NCBI GenBank assembly: GCA_036676395.1
Contig: JAKFCY010000002.1
Location: 2,048,001-2,112,000 of the forward strand
DNA length: 64,000 nt
Direction of reading: 5' to 3'
Origin: Bdellovibrio sp.
GTDB taxonomy: Bacteria; Bdellovibrionota; Bdellovibrionia; Bdellovibrionales; Bdellovibrionaceae
The notes beneath the pieces are model-generated. The model was not told the origin of the DNA. It ran no database searches and saw nothing but the letters and a program-made list of their open reading frames with translations. Position 1 is the first letter of the stretch. Each line of letters begins with the position of its first letter. A program made the position numbers and the translations under genes. Below are positions 11,055-21,452 of the stretch, piece after piece.

Positions 11055-11071
11055 TGTTTCAACTTGATACA
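11055..11071. promoter_or_regulatory. Imperfect palindrome TGTTTCA-ACT-TGATACA, putative operator
   Basis: Same motif family at 42256 and 48898, upstream of the other two fibre genes. Confidence 0.5.
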
Positions 11072-11180
11072 ACTGGGCTAGCTACCCACCGACGCCATTT
11101 AAAAACTTAGGAAGAGCAACAGAAATGCCATGGCTGTAATCCAATTTATCTGATTCTCAGGTGCTCAAAATTTGAAAGTC

Positions 11181-11195
11181 GTGACAACCTGTCAT
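11181..11195. promoter_or_regulatory. TGACA-N3-TGTCA palindrome upstream of the cbb3 operon
   Basis: gTGACAaccTGTCAt, with a further TGACA half-site at 11203. Confidence 0.35.
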
Positions 11196-11253
11196 TTGCT
11201 CATGACAAAGTGGCTGACTTTTCTAACGAGAATCATTTTATTCAACTTTTAAC

Positions 11254-13539
11254 ATGGCGGTAGTTTTGAATTGTACTTCATTAATGGCAAACACTGCATC
11301 CATCACATTTTGTTTACACTGTGGAATTCCCACTCAGGGAAAAGCTTTCTGCTGTGCTGGATGTGAATCCTTAGCCAATGATTTTTCTACGGTTGATACT
11401 TCAACTGAAAAATTCGATTACCTGGACCAGCCTAATTTTAAAGAAATGTACAGACATCTAGAAAAAGACTTCGATTACTATCTGTATGTTGAAGGAATCC
11501 ATTGCTCGTCTTGTGTTCATTTAATCGAAAAATTAAATGATTATGATCCAAATATATTAGAAGCTCGCGTAAATTATCCGCTTTCGCAATTGGCGATTAA
11601 AACAAATATTGATTTTTCTTTAGCCCGGTTAGCTGCACTACTTTCTTCATGGGGATACACCCCACACTATATCTGCACCTCTTCTAATAAAGAGGATTTC
11701 TTTAAAAAAGAAAATAAAAAGTCGTTAATACGTTTGGGTGTAGCTGGCGCCTGTGCTGGCAATATCATGCTATTTGTAATTCCAGTTTATTCAGGTTTGC
11801 AAAGCCCTTTAAAAGAAATATTTAATTGGCTTAGTTTTATTTTATTTCTTCCGGTTCTTTTTTATGCAGCCACTCCTTTTTATCAAGGCGCACTAAATAG
11901 TCTAAGATACCGAGTCATTAATGTCGATTTACCAATTACTATAGCTTTTCTAAGTAGTTTTATTTTCTCGCTGGTGAATTTAGTGCGTGGAAATTCAATG
12001 ATCTATTTTGATTCGACCGCTAGCTTTGTGTTCTTAATTTTATGCGCACGGCATCTGTTGAAAAACATTCAATATAGGTTCGATAATTCTATTCAGATTC
12101 ACGATATCTTGCAGTCTGATCTGGTGACTAAAGTTGTTGGCGGCACAGAAACTAAAATATCATTAAGTGAAATAAAACTTGGTGATATTTTGAAGTTTGA
12201 AAGAAATGCCATTATTCCAGTTGATGGAAAGCTATTAAGCGAAAAAGCTTCACTTGATGTGGCTGTTCTTAACGGAGAACCGCTTCCTCAGTTTTTTGAA
12301 AAGGGTTTACTGGTTATCGCTGGATCTAAAATTCTATCTTCACAAATTGAAATTGAAGTGACCCAGACACCGAACTCTACCTACCTGGCAAAAATGATGC
12401 AACAATTGCAGGATGGCACATGGGTAAAAACAAAATGGGCTAATCTTTCAGACAAGGCTTCGCAGTATTTGATAGTCATCGTCTTTACTGCCGCGATTAT
12501 ATATTTTGTTTTAAATTATGAACAAAATTTTAATGAAGCCTTTAACAGATCTTTGGCTTTGATCGTTCTAGCCTGCCCTTGTGCTTTAGCTTTTGGAACT
12601 CCTTTAACTTTGGCTTTAACATTAAGAAAAGCTAAGCAGCTAGGCATATTAATTAAAGATGCTAATGTTTTAGAAAAAGTTTTAAACCTTAAAAATATCT
12701 TTTTTGATAAAACGGGAACTTTAACAGAGCTAAATATTCATCTTGCTAAAACTTCACCCGAAAATTTAAATGTTGAGATTAAAGAGATCATCTTAGGTTT
12801 AGAAAGCAACTCGTATCATCCACTGGCCTTTGCTTTAAGAAATGCCTGGCAGGATATCAAGCCGCAGGCTTTTACATCCACGACTGAAAAAGCTGGCGTA
12901 GGTGTAACCGGAATTCTGGCAAACCAAAGTTACACTTTAGAAAAAAGTAAAGAATCCAATGATAGCCTTTGCGTAGAGCTCTATAAAAATCATGAATTCA
13001 TTTGTGCATTGCACTTCGAAGAGGTTCTTCGAATAGATGTCGGCACTTGCCTGTCACATTTAAACGCCCAGGGTTATGCTACCTATTTACTGACTGGTGA
13101 TCACCATAACCGGGCCCTTAAAATCGCTGACCGATGTCAAATTCAGGCTTCTTCTGTTTTTAGCTCTCTGACACCTGAAAACAAAAAAAATATTGTAAGC
13201 CAGCATCAGAATAGCTGCATGATTGGCGATGGCGTAAATGATGCCCTGGCCATGCAGCAGGCCGATGTAGGCATTGCTGTGCAAGGCAGTACTTTCGTAA
13301 GCCTTAAAGCTGCAGATATTTTCTTTACCCGCGGCGGCTTAAAGCCACTCATTGATTTAGTCAATCTGGCTCGACAAAGCCGAAAAGTGCTTCTGCGCAA
13401 TCTTACATTTGCTTTTATTTATAATGCTACCGGAGGAGTTTTAGCCCTGATGGGCTTCATTGACCCAAGATGGGCTGCGATTTTAATGCCGATAAGTTCG
13501 GTTTTAATAATTTTATCTACGCTGGTGGGATTTAGATGA
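11254..13539 (+). CDS. ccoI: Cu-transporting P1B-type ATPase for cbb3 oxidase assembly
   Basis: N-terminal CxHC/FCCxGC, HMA GIHCSSC, CPC, DKTGT, GDGVND; heads the cco operon. Confidence 0.92.
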   Translation: MAVVLNCTSLMANTASITFCLHCGIPTQGKAFCCAGCESLANDFSTVDTSTEKFDYLDQPNFKEMYRHLEKDFDYYLYVEGIHCSSCVHLIEKLNDYDPNILEARVNYPLSQLAIKTNIDFSLARLAALLSSWGYTPHYICTSSNKEDFFKKENKKSLIRLGVAGACAGNIMLFVIPVYSGLQSPLKEIFNWLSFILFLPVLFYAATPFYQGALNSLRYRVINVDLPITIAFLSSFIFSLVNLVRGNSMIYFDSTASFVFLILCARHLLKNIQYRFDNSIQIHDILQSDLVTKVVGGTETKISLSEIKLGDILKFERNAIIPVDGKLLSEKASLDVAVLNGEPLPQFFEKGLLVIAGSKILSSQIEIEVTQTPNSTYLAKMMQQLQDGTWVKTKWANLSDKASQYLIVIVFTAAIIYFVLNYEQNFNEAFNRSLALIVLACPCALAFGTPLTLALTLRKAKQLGILIKDANVLEKVLNLKNIFFDKTGTLTELNIHLAKTSPENLNVEIKEIILGLESNSYHPLAFALRNAWQDIKPQAFTSTTEKAGVGVTGILANQSYTLEKSKESNDSLCVELYKNHEFICALHFEEVLRIDVGTCLSHLNAQGYATYLLTGDHHNRALKIADRCQIQASSVFSSLTPENKKNIVSQHQNSCMIGDGVNDALAMQQADVGIAVQGSTFVSLKAADIFFTRGGLKPLIDLVNLARQSRKVLLRNLTFAFIYNATGGVLALMGFIDPRWAAILMPISSVLIILSTLVGFR

Positions 13540-13682
13540 ACATTTTGATCATTATTATTCCTATCGCGTTAGCGCTGGGTTTTGGATTTGTATTTATTTT
13601 TGTGTGGGCAACTAAAAGTGGTCAATTTGATGATCTCGATACACCTTCACACAGAATTTTGAAAGATGATGAAAGGAAATAG
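13536..13682 (+). CDS. ccoS: cbb3 oxidase maturation protein CcoS (48 aa, not in ORF track)
   Basis: Own translation: MNILIIIIPIALALGFGFVFIFVWATKSGQFDDLDTPSHRILKDDERK; SGQFDDL signature; ATGA overlap with ccoI. Confidence 0.93.
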   Translation: MNILIIIIPIALALGFGFVFIFVWATKSGQFDDLDTPSHRILKDDERK

Positions 13683-13683
13683 A

Positions 13684-15786
13684 GTGAAAGAGTTCATTAA
13701 ATATGATGACGAGATTGTCAAAAAATTTGTTTTGGCGACTTTAATTTGGGGAGGCTGTGCATTTATCTTCGGTTTGCTGGCCGCACTGCAATTAGCTTAC
13801 TGGCCGCTAAATATGAATTTAGAATGGGTTACTTTTGGCCGGCTTCGCCCGCTGCATACCAATGCTGCTATTTTTGCATTCGCAGGAAACGCGATTTTTG
13901 CAGGAATATATTATTCAACGCAAAGATTACTCAAAGCACGGTTGTTTTCTGATGGGCTTTCAAAAATTCACTTTTGGGGCTGGCAATTTATTATTGTTGC
14001 CGCAGCTATTTCGCTGCCTTTAGGCTACACGCAGTCTAAAGAGTACGCCGAGCTAGAATGGCCCATTGATATCGCGATCACCTTGATTTGGGTGGTTTTC
14101 GCCGTCAATTTTTTCGGAACTATCAAAAAACGCCGCGAAAAACATTTGTATGTCGCTATCTGGTTTTATATTGCGACGATAATCACTGTTGCTGTTTTAC
14201 ATGTCGTAAATTCAATCGAAATACCTGTAGCCGCTTTTAAGAGCTTGCCGATTTATGCCGGCATTCAAGATGCTCTTGTTCAATGGTGGTATGGGCATAA
14301 TGCAGTAGCTTTTTTTCTGACGACGCCATTTTTAGGGCTAATGTATTATTTTGTTCCTAAAGCAGCTGATCGTCCGGTTTATTCTTATCGACTTTCAATC
14401 ATTCACTTTTGGGCCTTGGTTTTTATCTACATCTGGGCCGGCCCACATCATTTACTTTACACTTCTCTTCCGGATTGGGCACAGAACTTAGGAATGGTAT
14501 TTTCTATTATGTTATGGGCTCCTAGCTGGGGCGGAATGATCAACGGCTTGCTCACAATTAAAGGGGCATGGCATCGGCTAAAAACTGATCCTATTATTCG
14601 ATTTTATATTGCCGCACTTACTTTTTACGGCATGGCCACATTTGAAGGCCCACTACTATCGATCAAAAGTATTAGCGCTTTAGGTCACTACACAGACTGG
14701 ATCATCGGGCATGTTCATGCTGGCGCTCTTGGCTGGAATGGCATGTTAATTTTTGCTATGTTCTATTATTTAATTCCAAGATTATGGAATACAAAAATTT
14801 ATAGTGAAAAATTAATTCATCATCACTTCTGGATAGCCTTAACCGGTGTAATTCTTTATTACACATCAATGGTCGTAGCTGGTATTACGCAAGGTCTGAT
14901 GTGGCTATCGATCACACCAGAAGGACAACTGACTTATCCCGATTTTATTGAAACCGTTACAAAAATTATTCCTCTCTACTGGGCACGCGCTCTGGGTGGA
15001 GCATTCTTTATCGTTGGTTTTGCAATAATGATTTACAACATTTACAAAACTATTAAAAATGCCCCGCAAGCCGCTGAAGAAAAATCTGTAGAAGTCTCAA
15101 GAACAGGCTTTGAAGAACAAGCAGAAGGCCACCGAAAAATCGAAGGCCTTGGATTAACTTTTTCAATTCTAACTTTTTTAGCTATTGCTGCCGGTTCGAT
15201 TATTGAAATTTATCCAACGCTTTCTCTGCATCGCTATATCAATCCGAACGACACAACAAAGCCATTTTCTGCTTTAGAAATTGCAGGGCGTGGAATTTAT
15301 GTGCGCGAAGGATGTTATAACTGCCACTCACAGCAAATTCGTCAGATACCGGCAGACGTTTTACGTTATGGCCCGGCATCGACAATCGAAGAATCCCAAT
15401 ATGATCGTCCGTTTCAGTGGGGATCTAAACGCACCGGCCCAGATCTGGCGCGTATAGGTAAAAAATATCCGCATATGTGGCACTTAAATCATATGTTGAA
15501 TCCAAGAACTATCGCCGCAAAAAGTATAATGCCGAATTACCCTTGGCTATTTGAGAAAAACACAGATTTTTTAGCGCTACGCAGAGAGTTTTCTGTCATG
15601 AAAAAATTAGGTGTGCCTTACGACGAAAATACCGTAGCCAATGCAGACATTCTTGCGCAAAAAGAAGCCAAGTTGATTGCTGATGATATTTCTGCAAATG
15701 GAGGTCCTGCCGGCTTAGAGAAAAAAGAAATCGTCGCCTTGATCGCTTATTTACAATCATTAGGGCAAAAAGGAGCAAATCCATGA
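13684..15786 (+). CDS. ccoN: cbb3-type cytochrome c oxidase, fused subunits I/II (CcoN-CcoO)
   Basis: GRLRPLHTN, WWYGHN, GPHHL, GHVH, then EGCYNCHSQ and WGSKRTGPDL; GTG at 13684 chosen as start (ORF track starts at 13666). Confidence 0.96.
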   Translation: MKEFIKYDDEIVKKFVLATLIWGGCAFIFGLLAALQLAYWPLNMNLEWVTFGRLRPLHTNAAIFAFAGNAIFAGIYYSTQRLLKARLFSDGLSKIHFWGWQFIIVAAAISLPLGYTQSKEYAELEWPIDIAITLIWVVFAVNFFGTIKKRREKHLYVAIWFYIATIITVAVLHVVNSIEIPVAAFKSLPIYAGIQDALVQWWYGHNAVAFFLTTPFLGLMYYFVPKAADRPVYSYRLSIIHFWALVFIYIWAGPHHLLYTSLPDWAQNLGMVFSIMLWAPSWGGMINGLLTIKGAWHRLKTDPIIRFYIAALTFYGMATFEGPLLSIKSISALGHYTDWIIGHVHAGALGWNGMLIFAMFYYLIPRLWNTKIYSEKLIHHHFWIALTGVILYYTSMVVAGITQGLMWLSITPEGQLTYPDFIETVTKIIPLYWARALGGAFFIVGFAIMIYNIYKTIKNAPQAAEEKSVEVSRTGFEEQAEGHRKIEGLGLTFSILTFLAIAAGSIIEIYPTLSLHRYINPNDTTKPFSALEIAGRGIYVREGCYNCHSQQIRQIPADVLRYGPASTIEESQYDRPFQWGSKRTGPDLARIGKKYPHMWHLNHMLNPRTIAAKSIMPNYPWLFEKNTDFLALRREFSVMKKLGVPYDENTVANADILAQKEAKLIADDISANGGPAGLEKKEIVALIAYLQSLGQKGANP

Positions 15787-15947
15787 AACAGGGCTTACTG
15801 CACTTTACTGATATCTATTTAACTTCATTTGGCTTGATTATATTTTTCTGCTTTTTTATGAGTGTGATTTTTATCACTTCGAAAGCAAAAAACAAACAGC
15901 TTTATAAAAGATTAGAACACCTACCATTTGGGGAACACCATGAGTGA
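15783..15947 (+). CDS. ccoQ: cbb3 oxidase small subunit CcoQ (54 aa, not in ORF track)
   Basis: MKQGLLHFTDIYLTSFGLIIFFCFFMSVIFIT...LEHLPFGEHHE; one TM helix; lies between ccoO and ccoP. Confidence 0.8.
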   Translation: MKQGLLHFTDIYLTSFGLIIFFCFFMSVIFITSKAKNKQLYKRLEHLPFGEHHE

Positions 15948-16509
15948 AGAAAAAAATGAAACCGAAGTATCTAAACATCATTACGACGGCATCTATGAGT
16001 CTGATAATCCTATGCCTTATTGGTGGATCTGGAGTTTTATTCTGACGGTCATCTTTGGATCAATTTATTATCTTCATTATGAAGTTTCAAATGGGCCAAG
16101 TTTAAAACAAGAACTGGCCGAGGCCATGAAAGAAATTGAAAGCCGAAAAGGTCACGTCGCCCTTGTGGTAGAAACAGAAGAATCACTTATTGCGCAAATG
16201 AAAAGTCCAAATGATTTAGCATTGGGTGTTGCTGTTTATAACGCAAAATGTGCGATGTGCCATGGCCAAGACCTACAAGGCCAGATCGGACCAAATTTAA
16301 CTGATCGCTATTGGATTCATGGCAAAGGCCTTAGAACAGATCTAGTTAAAATTATTCACGAGGGCATTCCCGAAAAAGGAATGCCACCATGGCGCGATCA
16401 GATCAGCAAAAAAGAATTGTATGGCGTTATAGCTTATATTATTTCGAAAATTGATTCTAACCCAAAAAATGCGAAAGCACCTCAAGGCGATTTGGCGAGT
16501 GAAAACTAA
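15940..16509 (+). CDS. ccoP: cbb3 oxidase subunit III (single-haem CcoP)
   Basis: HHYDGIYESDNPMPYWW N-terminus, one CAMCH, GPNLTD, GMPPW. Confidence 0.92.
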   Translation: MSEEKNETEVSKHHYDGIYESDNPMPYWWIWSFILTVIFGSIYYLHYEVSNGPSLKQELAEAMKEIESRKGHVALVVETEESLIAQMKSPNDLALGVAVYNAKCAMCHGQDLQGQIGPNLTDRYWIHGKGLRTDLVKIIHEGIPEKGMPPWRDQISKKELYGVIAYIISKIDSNPKNAKAPQGDLASEN

Positions 16510-17791
16510 AAAAGAAATTGGCAAATTAACCAGTATTGATGACGAAGGTCATCACATTCAGCTAATTCCCGGCGAGGTCAAAGGTACGTATAAAAATTTA
16601 CGTACTGTTGTTCAATTTTTTTTAGTTTTGCTATTTCTAATAGCCCCATGGATAAAAATAGATAGTCACCCGTTGATCTTATTCAATATCGCATCACGCG
16701 AGTTTTATTTATGGGGAGTTCTTTTTAAATCGCACGATGCTCCCCTGATATTTCTTCTGCTGATAACCGCAGTTCTTGGAATATCATTTGTAACAAGCCT
16801 TTGGGGGCGCATCTGGTGCGGCTGGGCTTGTCCGCAAACAGTATTTATCGATGGTGTATTTCGACGAATAGAGCTTTTAACTGAAGGAAACTACCTTGAA
16901 CGGCGAAAAATTCAAAACAGCCCGTTAACTGTAAAAATATTTTTTAAAAAATCTGTTAAATGGGCATTGTTTTTTTTAATAAGTTTTTTGATCGCCAAAA
17001 GTTTTTTAAATCTTTTTGCCGGAGTTCCCGATTGGATGCTCTGGGGGCTGACTTGGATTTTACTTTTTAATTTTTCTTGGTTTCGCGAACAATTTTGCGT
17101 AGTGGTCTGCCCGTATGGACGAATTCAAAGTGTTTTGCTTGAGCCTTCTTCGATGGCCGTTGTTTATGATGAAAAACGAACAGATTGCATCAATTGCAAC
17201 CGCTGCGTAGAAGTTTGCCCGACTGGAATTGACATTCGAAATGGCTTACAAATGGATTGCATTGGCTGCACAGCCTGCATTGATGCCTGCAACACCATTA
17301 TGAAAAAAGTTGATAAACCGAAGAACCTTATTTCATACCGCACAATTGATGGAACTCGCTTTAGCTTTTTCAAACTAAAAACATGTATTCATGCTCTTCT
17401 AATTTTAATCGCGATCACAATATTAGTTTACAACCTCAACACCAGAAAACACGAAAACATCGCTATTGTAAGAGCTACAGAACAACCTTTCTCTATTGTG
17501 TTAGATGAAAATGGAAACAAACAAATTCTAAATCATTTTAAAATTCATATAACAAATCAAACATATGAAAATCGCACCTATACAATTTCACTTTTAAATA
17601 ATAGTGCTAAATTAATCACTTCAGTAAACCCCAAAGTACTTACTGCTAAATCAACTATGACCTTACATGTATTTATAAGCACCGCGCTCGTAACACTTAG
17701 TTCTGATCAAGCGACCTCCGCGACTTTAATTATAGAAAATGACAAAAAAGAAAAGCACAGTGAAGTCGTTACCTTAATAGGACCAACATGA
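16499..17791 (+). CDS. ccoG: cbb3 accessory polyferredoxin CcoG/FixG
   Basis: WCGWACPQTVF, FCVVVCPYGR, CINCNRCVEVCP, CIGCTACIDAC; start uncertain (GTG 16499). Confidence 0.92.
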   Translation: MKTKKEIGKLTSIDDEGHHIQLIPGEVKGTYKNLRTVVQFFLVLLFLIAPWIKIDSHPLILFNIASREFYLWGVLFKSHDAPLIFLLLITAVLGISFVTSLWGRIWCGWACPQTVFIDGVFRRIELLTEGNYLERRKIQNSPLTVKIFFKKSVKWALFFLISFLIAKSFLNLFAGVPDWMLWGLTWILLFNFSWFREQFCVVVCPYGRIQSVLLEPSSMAVVYDEKRTDCINCNRCVEVCPTGIDIRNGLQMDCIGCTACIDACNTIMKKVDKPKNLISYRTIDGTRFSFFKLKTCIHALLILIAITILVYNLNTRKHENIAIVRATEQPFSIVLDENGNKQILNHFKIHITNQTYENRTYTISLLNNSAKLITSVNPKVLTAKSTMTLHVFISTALVTLSSDQATSATLIIENDKKEKHSEVVTLIGPT

Positions 17792-18393
17792 AAACAGATT
17801 CATTAGCCTTAGCTTTAGCTATCCTATCAACAAGTTTTTATGGAAGTTTACATTGCGCAGCTATGTGCTCTCCAGTCGCCAGCTACATGGCTAAAAAAAA
17901 TTTGGCTTTAAGTTATCATTTGGGTCGTGGGGTTAGTTATACCGCCATAGGAGCACTTGGCGGCTATCTTGGATCATTGTTTTTAGAAAGCCAATTTCAA
18001 TCTCTACGAATTATAGCAGCTATACTTTTTGCAGCTGTCTTGATCTTTTTTGGTCTAAACTTATTCCAACAGAAAACTAACTCTGGATGGAATTTTATGC
18101 ATCGATTCTACTCTAATAAATTACCAGGATTTATATTAGGTTTGCTTACAGTCTTTCTTCCATGCGGTTGGCTATACAGTTATGTACTTGCAGCCATCGC
18201 CACAAAATCACCCGTAGCTGGCGCGTTGGTTACTTTTCTTTTTTGGATCGGCGGCCTGCCGATACTATCTGGCATTGGTTTATATATGAAAAAAGCAATT
18301 ATTACCTCTTCACCCCAGCGCCAAAAGATAGCTGGGGTTGTATTAATAATTGCTGGCTTATACTCTGTAATAAGTTTTTTTTATTTTAATTAA
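17788..18393 (+). CDS. Sulfite exporter TauE/SafE (DsbD_2) family membrane protein of the cco cluster
   Basis: SLHCAAMC, YHLGR, FLPCGWLY motifs. Confidence 0.88.
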   Translation: MKTDSLALALAILSTSFYGSLHCAAMCSPVASYMAKKNLALSYHLGRGVSYTAIGALGGYLGSLFLESQFQSLRIIAAILFAAVLIFFGLNLFQQKTNSGWNFMHRFYSNKLPGFILGLLTVFLPCGWLYSYVLAAIATKSPVAGALVTFLFWIGGLPILSGIGLYMKKAIITSSPQRQKIAGVVLIIAGLYSVISFFYFN

Positions 18394-19160
18394 ATACTTA
18401 AATTTTTTATATGCTTAAGAAATTTTTCGTGAACAGCATTTTCCATTTTATATACGCCAGATTCTTTACCCATCAGCCATTTCGCGGCAAAAATGGCTCC
18501 GGTGCCGAAGGCCGAACGACTGACACTTTCGTGGGTTAATCTGAGCGTTTGATACGGAAGCCCGAAGATCACTTCGTGTTTTCCGACGATGCCACCCACG
18601 CGAATTGAGTTAATATGATTATTTTCGTCTAAATTTAGATGTTGGGCAATTTTCAGTGCGGTACCAGAAATGTCTTTTTTGTTTCTAAAATGCTCTTCAA
18701 CAATTTCGATATCTGCATTCGGAATAATTTGTTTAAGTAACTTCGAAGCAATTAATAGCCAGTTAATTCCCAGTGTAATATTCGGCGAAGCTAATACCGC
18801 AGTTTTTTTGCCTGCCGATTTAATCAATGCTAATTCATCAGTTGTATAATTTGAAATGGCCGAAACTACTTTGACCCCTTGCGAGGCTAAAATGTCGTAG
18901 AGTTTTGTAGATTCACCGATAGAAAAATCAATAACCACATCTACAGGATTAGCTTTCAAAAATTTTTCACAAAACATTTCAACAGATACAAACGGGGCAA
19001 ACTTTTCTTCGTAACCTAATGAATGACTTGCATAGAACGAATTTGGGTTGACCGTTTTTTTCATGACCCACTTTAAAGTGAAATCTGTATCTTTAACCAG
19101 TTCTTGCGCGACCAGAGAGCCTGTTCTACCAAATCCGAATAAACCTACATTTAAATGCAT
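18390..19160 (-). CDS. dapB: 4-hydroxy-tetrahydrodipicolinate reductase-like protein
   Basis: GFGRTG Rossmann motif, VIDFS, EEHFRNKKDISGTA, IRVGGIVGKHEVIF. Confidence 0.8.
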   Translation of the reverse strand: MHLNVGLFGFGRTGSLVAQELVKDTDFTLKWVMKKTVNPNSFYASHSLGYEEKFAPFVSVEMFCEKFLKANPVDVVIDFSIGESTKLYDILASQGVKVVSAISNYTTDELALIKSAGKKTAVLASPNITLGINWLLIASKLLKQIIPNADIEIVEEHFRNKKDISGTALKIAQHLNLDENNHINSIRVGGIVGKHEVIFGLPYQTLRLTHESVSRSAFGTGAIFAAKWLMGKESGVYKMENAVHEKFLKHIKNLSI

Positions 19161-19467
19161 AGGGCACCTTTCAGCGAAAAGCGACCCTACTTTTCAGTAA
19201 CTGCAATAAAGCATTGCACCCTTAGTATTTAAATTTATATCTCTATATCATTAGGGCGATAGGGCTCTGTGGTAAAGTAAAAAAGGCCTGTTTAGCGTGA
19301 AAATCAGTATATTAGCCTAGAGCTAAAATTATACGCGTGAGTCAATTGTTTAGAATTAAGATAATTATCAGACATCACCGAATAATGCGGATCTTCAAAA
19401 ATATTTACCTCGATGTAAAAAAGATAATTAACAACATAGAGTTGGTTTAGCAAGTCCTGTTAGTCGA

Positions 19468-20007
19468 GTGGAAATTGACGACCAGACCAAAGAAAAAAAT
19501 GCCAATCATTATTTAACTTATCATGTAACTGGTTTTCGCGACGGCGCGAATGTTTTGATTCGTAAAGATATTCCTGATCGCCGCTGGTTTGGCGCCGATG
19601 TCACGTTAGTGCAAGAACTTAAAGGTGACAAAGCACAAGTTGCAATTGCAAAGATTGCCCAAGCCGCAAAATCTTACCCCTATCAACAAAATTATCGTTT
19701 ATGGCCTGGGCCCAACAGCAACACATTTATTTCTTATATTATTCGCAACACCGATGAACTTGGAGTTGAACTTCCAGTAAATGCGATCGGTAAAGATTGG
19801 ATTGGAAAAGCTGATTTTTTCGGCCCCAGCGAAAGTGGAACTGGTTACCAGTTATCTATTTACGGTGCCTTGGGTTTAACCGTAGGTTTAGCTGAAGGTT
19901 TTGAAATGAATTTGCTCGGTCTGACATTCGGTATTGATGTCTGGCGACCAGCTTTGAAATTGCCATTCGTGGGCCGCGTCGGCTTTGCACATGCCCCCAT
20001 ATTTTAA
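19468..20007 (+). pseudogene. DUF3750-family protein, apparently 5'-truncated
   Basis: PDRRWFG, YRLWPGPNSNTF, LPVNAIGKDW motifs; no signal peptide or N-terminal region, no clear RBS. Confidence 0.55.
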
Positions 20008-20105
20008 TTTTCTTGAATAAATAACTATTAATTTGATTATAGAACTGTTTTGACTCAATCCTAACAAATAATTTCAATGCTCTTCAAAATAGATTAAAAT
20101 GAAGT

Positions 20106-20432
20106 ATGTTGGATGAAGCCACGAGGCACATAATCATTGCCAAGATTAATGTAATTACTGAAGCTCAGAAGCATACAGTTTTGTCAGAAACTTTTTCTCA
20201 TTCTGAGATGAAGCTAAAATACCCTTTGCCGGTGCAATTTTTAAATCAAAAATCTCCGATAATATTTCAGATCGTTTACACCAATGAAATTAGAACATAT
20301 ATTTTTAATGTCTATGGCAATGCGAGCGCTGACTCGCCGATGACAGTTGTGTTTGTTCCCCAATCGCTTAACGTCATTCAACAATTTCTAAATGATGTCG
20401 TTTTGAAAAAAAAATCGACTGTCATTGAATAA
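20106..20432 (+). CDS. Hypothetical protein
   Basis: 108-aa ORF with ATG start; no recognised motif. Confidence 0.5.
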   Translation: MLDEATRHIIIAKINVITEAQKHTVLSETFSHSEMKLKYPLPVQFLNQKSPIIFQIVYTNEIRTYIFNVYGNASADSPMTVVFVPQSLNVIQQFLNDVVLKKKSTVIE

Positions 20433-20446
20433 CTACCCGAGCCTAG

Positions 20447-21367
20447 TTACAGAATCATTTTGCCGAAATAAAGCGAGGCATAAATCGTTGGACTATCGGC
20501 ATCGGTTACAACATAAAAGCAAAGTCTTTGGCTTTCGGCTTCAACCCAAAGGCCTTCTGGTTTTAGCGCACAATCTATTTGATAGCGGCCGATTTCTTTA
20601 CCCGCTGCATTTAAACAACCAATAATAGCGCCATAGTATCTACCATCTTCATAAGTTGACTGGCTGTCTTCGGCTACAGCTAAGTACCAAATGGTATCAT
20701 CCAGTGTGCAGGCATCGGTAAAATCCAGTTTATATCCCGCAAGCTCACCAAGTTGGTAAGTGTTAACAGCTAGAACGTGCTTTGGGTTTAGAGAGCTTTG
20801 GTTTTTAAGGTCGTTACAAAATCCTTCGAGGTCTATATCAATGATCGCATTTACACCACTTGCACCATTGCCGCGCTGAAAAAGTTTAAGTTGGTTATTA
20901 AAAACACAAGCACCTTCGATATTAAGATCCGGAAGCTTTTCTTTTAACTGCAAATAAATATTAGAAAAATCGACCGTAACGGGATCCTGAGTTGGGTCAA
21001 TGGCGCCTTTAGCATTCAATTTAACAAAAGCCCCGGCCATTCTGTTTTCAGTCGATCCTGATGGTACCGCCAAAAGAATATCTTGGTGATTTTTAATATC
21101 AATTTTAACTAAAGCTTCCCAGTCAGGTTTTTGAGCTTTTCGTTCTTTTGCATCTAGTGAAAGAAGGCCACTCTTAAGTTGCACAGAATTAATTTTAGTC
21201 TGACCTTCAAAACTAAATTGAAATAACGAAAGCTCATCATCCGCTATAACAAAAAAATCGTTACCCGATTTAACCAAACCGCTGGCCGCTTTCACACCAA
21301 CTGTTATTTGCTCTTCCAATTTAAGCTCTCGCATCCAGCGCAGAGGTATCTTTTTTGTATCCAGCAT
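20447..21367 (-). CDS. DUF6910/DUF6929-like predicted beta-propeller protein
   Basis: AASGL, IADDE, KPDWEAL, SGSTENR, LNIEGA, FQRGN, KPEGL. Confidence 0.65.
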   Translation of the reverse strand: MLDTKKIPLRWMRELKLEEQITVGVKAASGLVKSGNDFFVIADDELSLFQFSFEGQTKINSVQLKSGLLSLDAKERKAQKPDWEALVKIDIKNHQDILLAVPSGSTENRMAGAFVKLNAKGAIDPTQDPVTVDFSNIYLQLKEKLPDLNIEGACVFNNQLKLFQRGNGASGVNAIIDIDLEGFCNDLKNQSSLNPKHVLAVNTYQLGELAGYKLDFTDACTLDDTIWYLAVAEDSQSTYEDGRYYGAIIGCLNAAGKEIGRYQIDCALKPEGLWVEAESQRLCFYVVTDADSPTIYASLYFGKMIL

Positions 21368-21402
21368 TTAATATTTCTAGCAGCTTTTATACCTTAACAC
21401 CA

Positions 21403-21418
21403 CGGCATAGTTTCTGCT
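21403..21418 (+). promoter_or_regulatory. Putative sigma54 promoter
   Basis: cGGcatagtttctGCt (GG-N10-GC); GGAGG RBS before 21453. Confidence 0.6.
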
Positions 21419-21452
21419 TTAGCATTACGAATTATTAACCGGAGGTCCTTAA

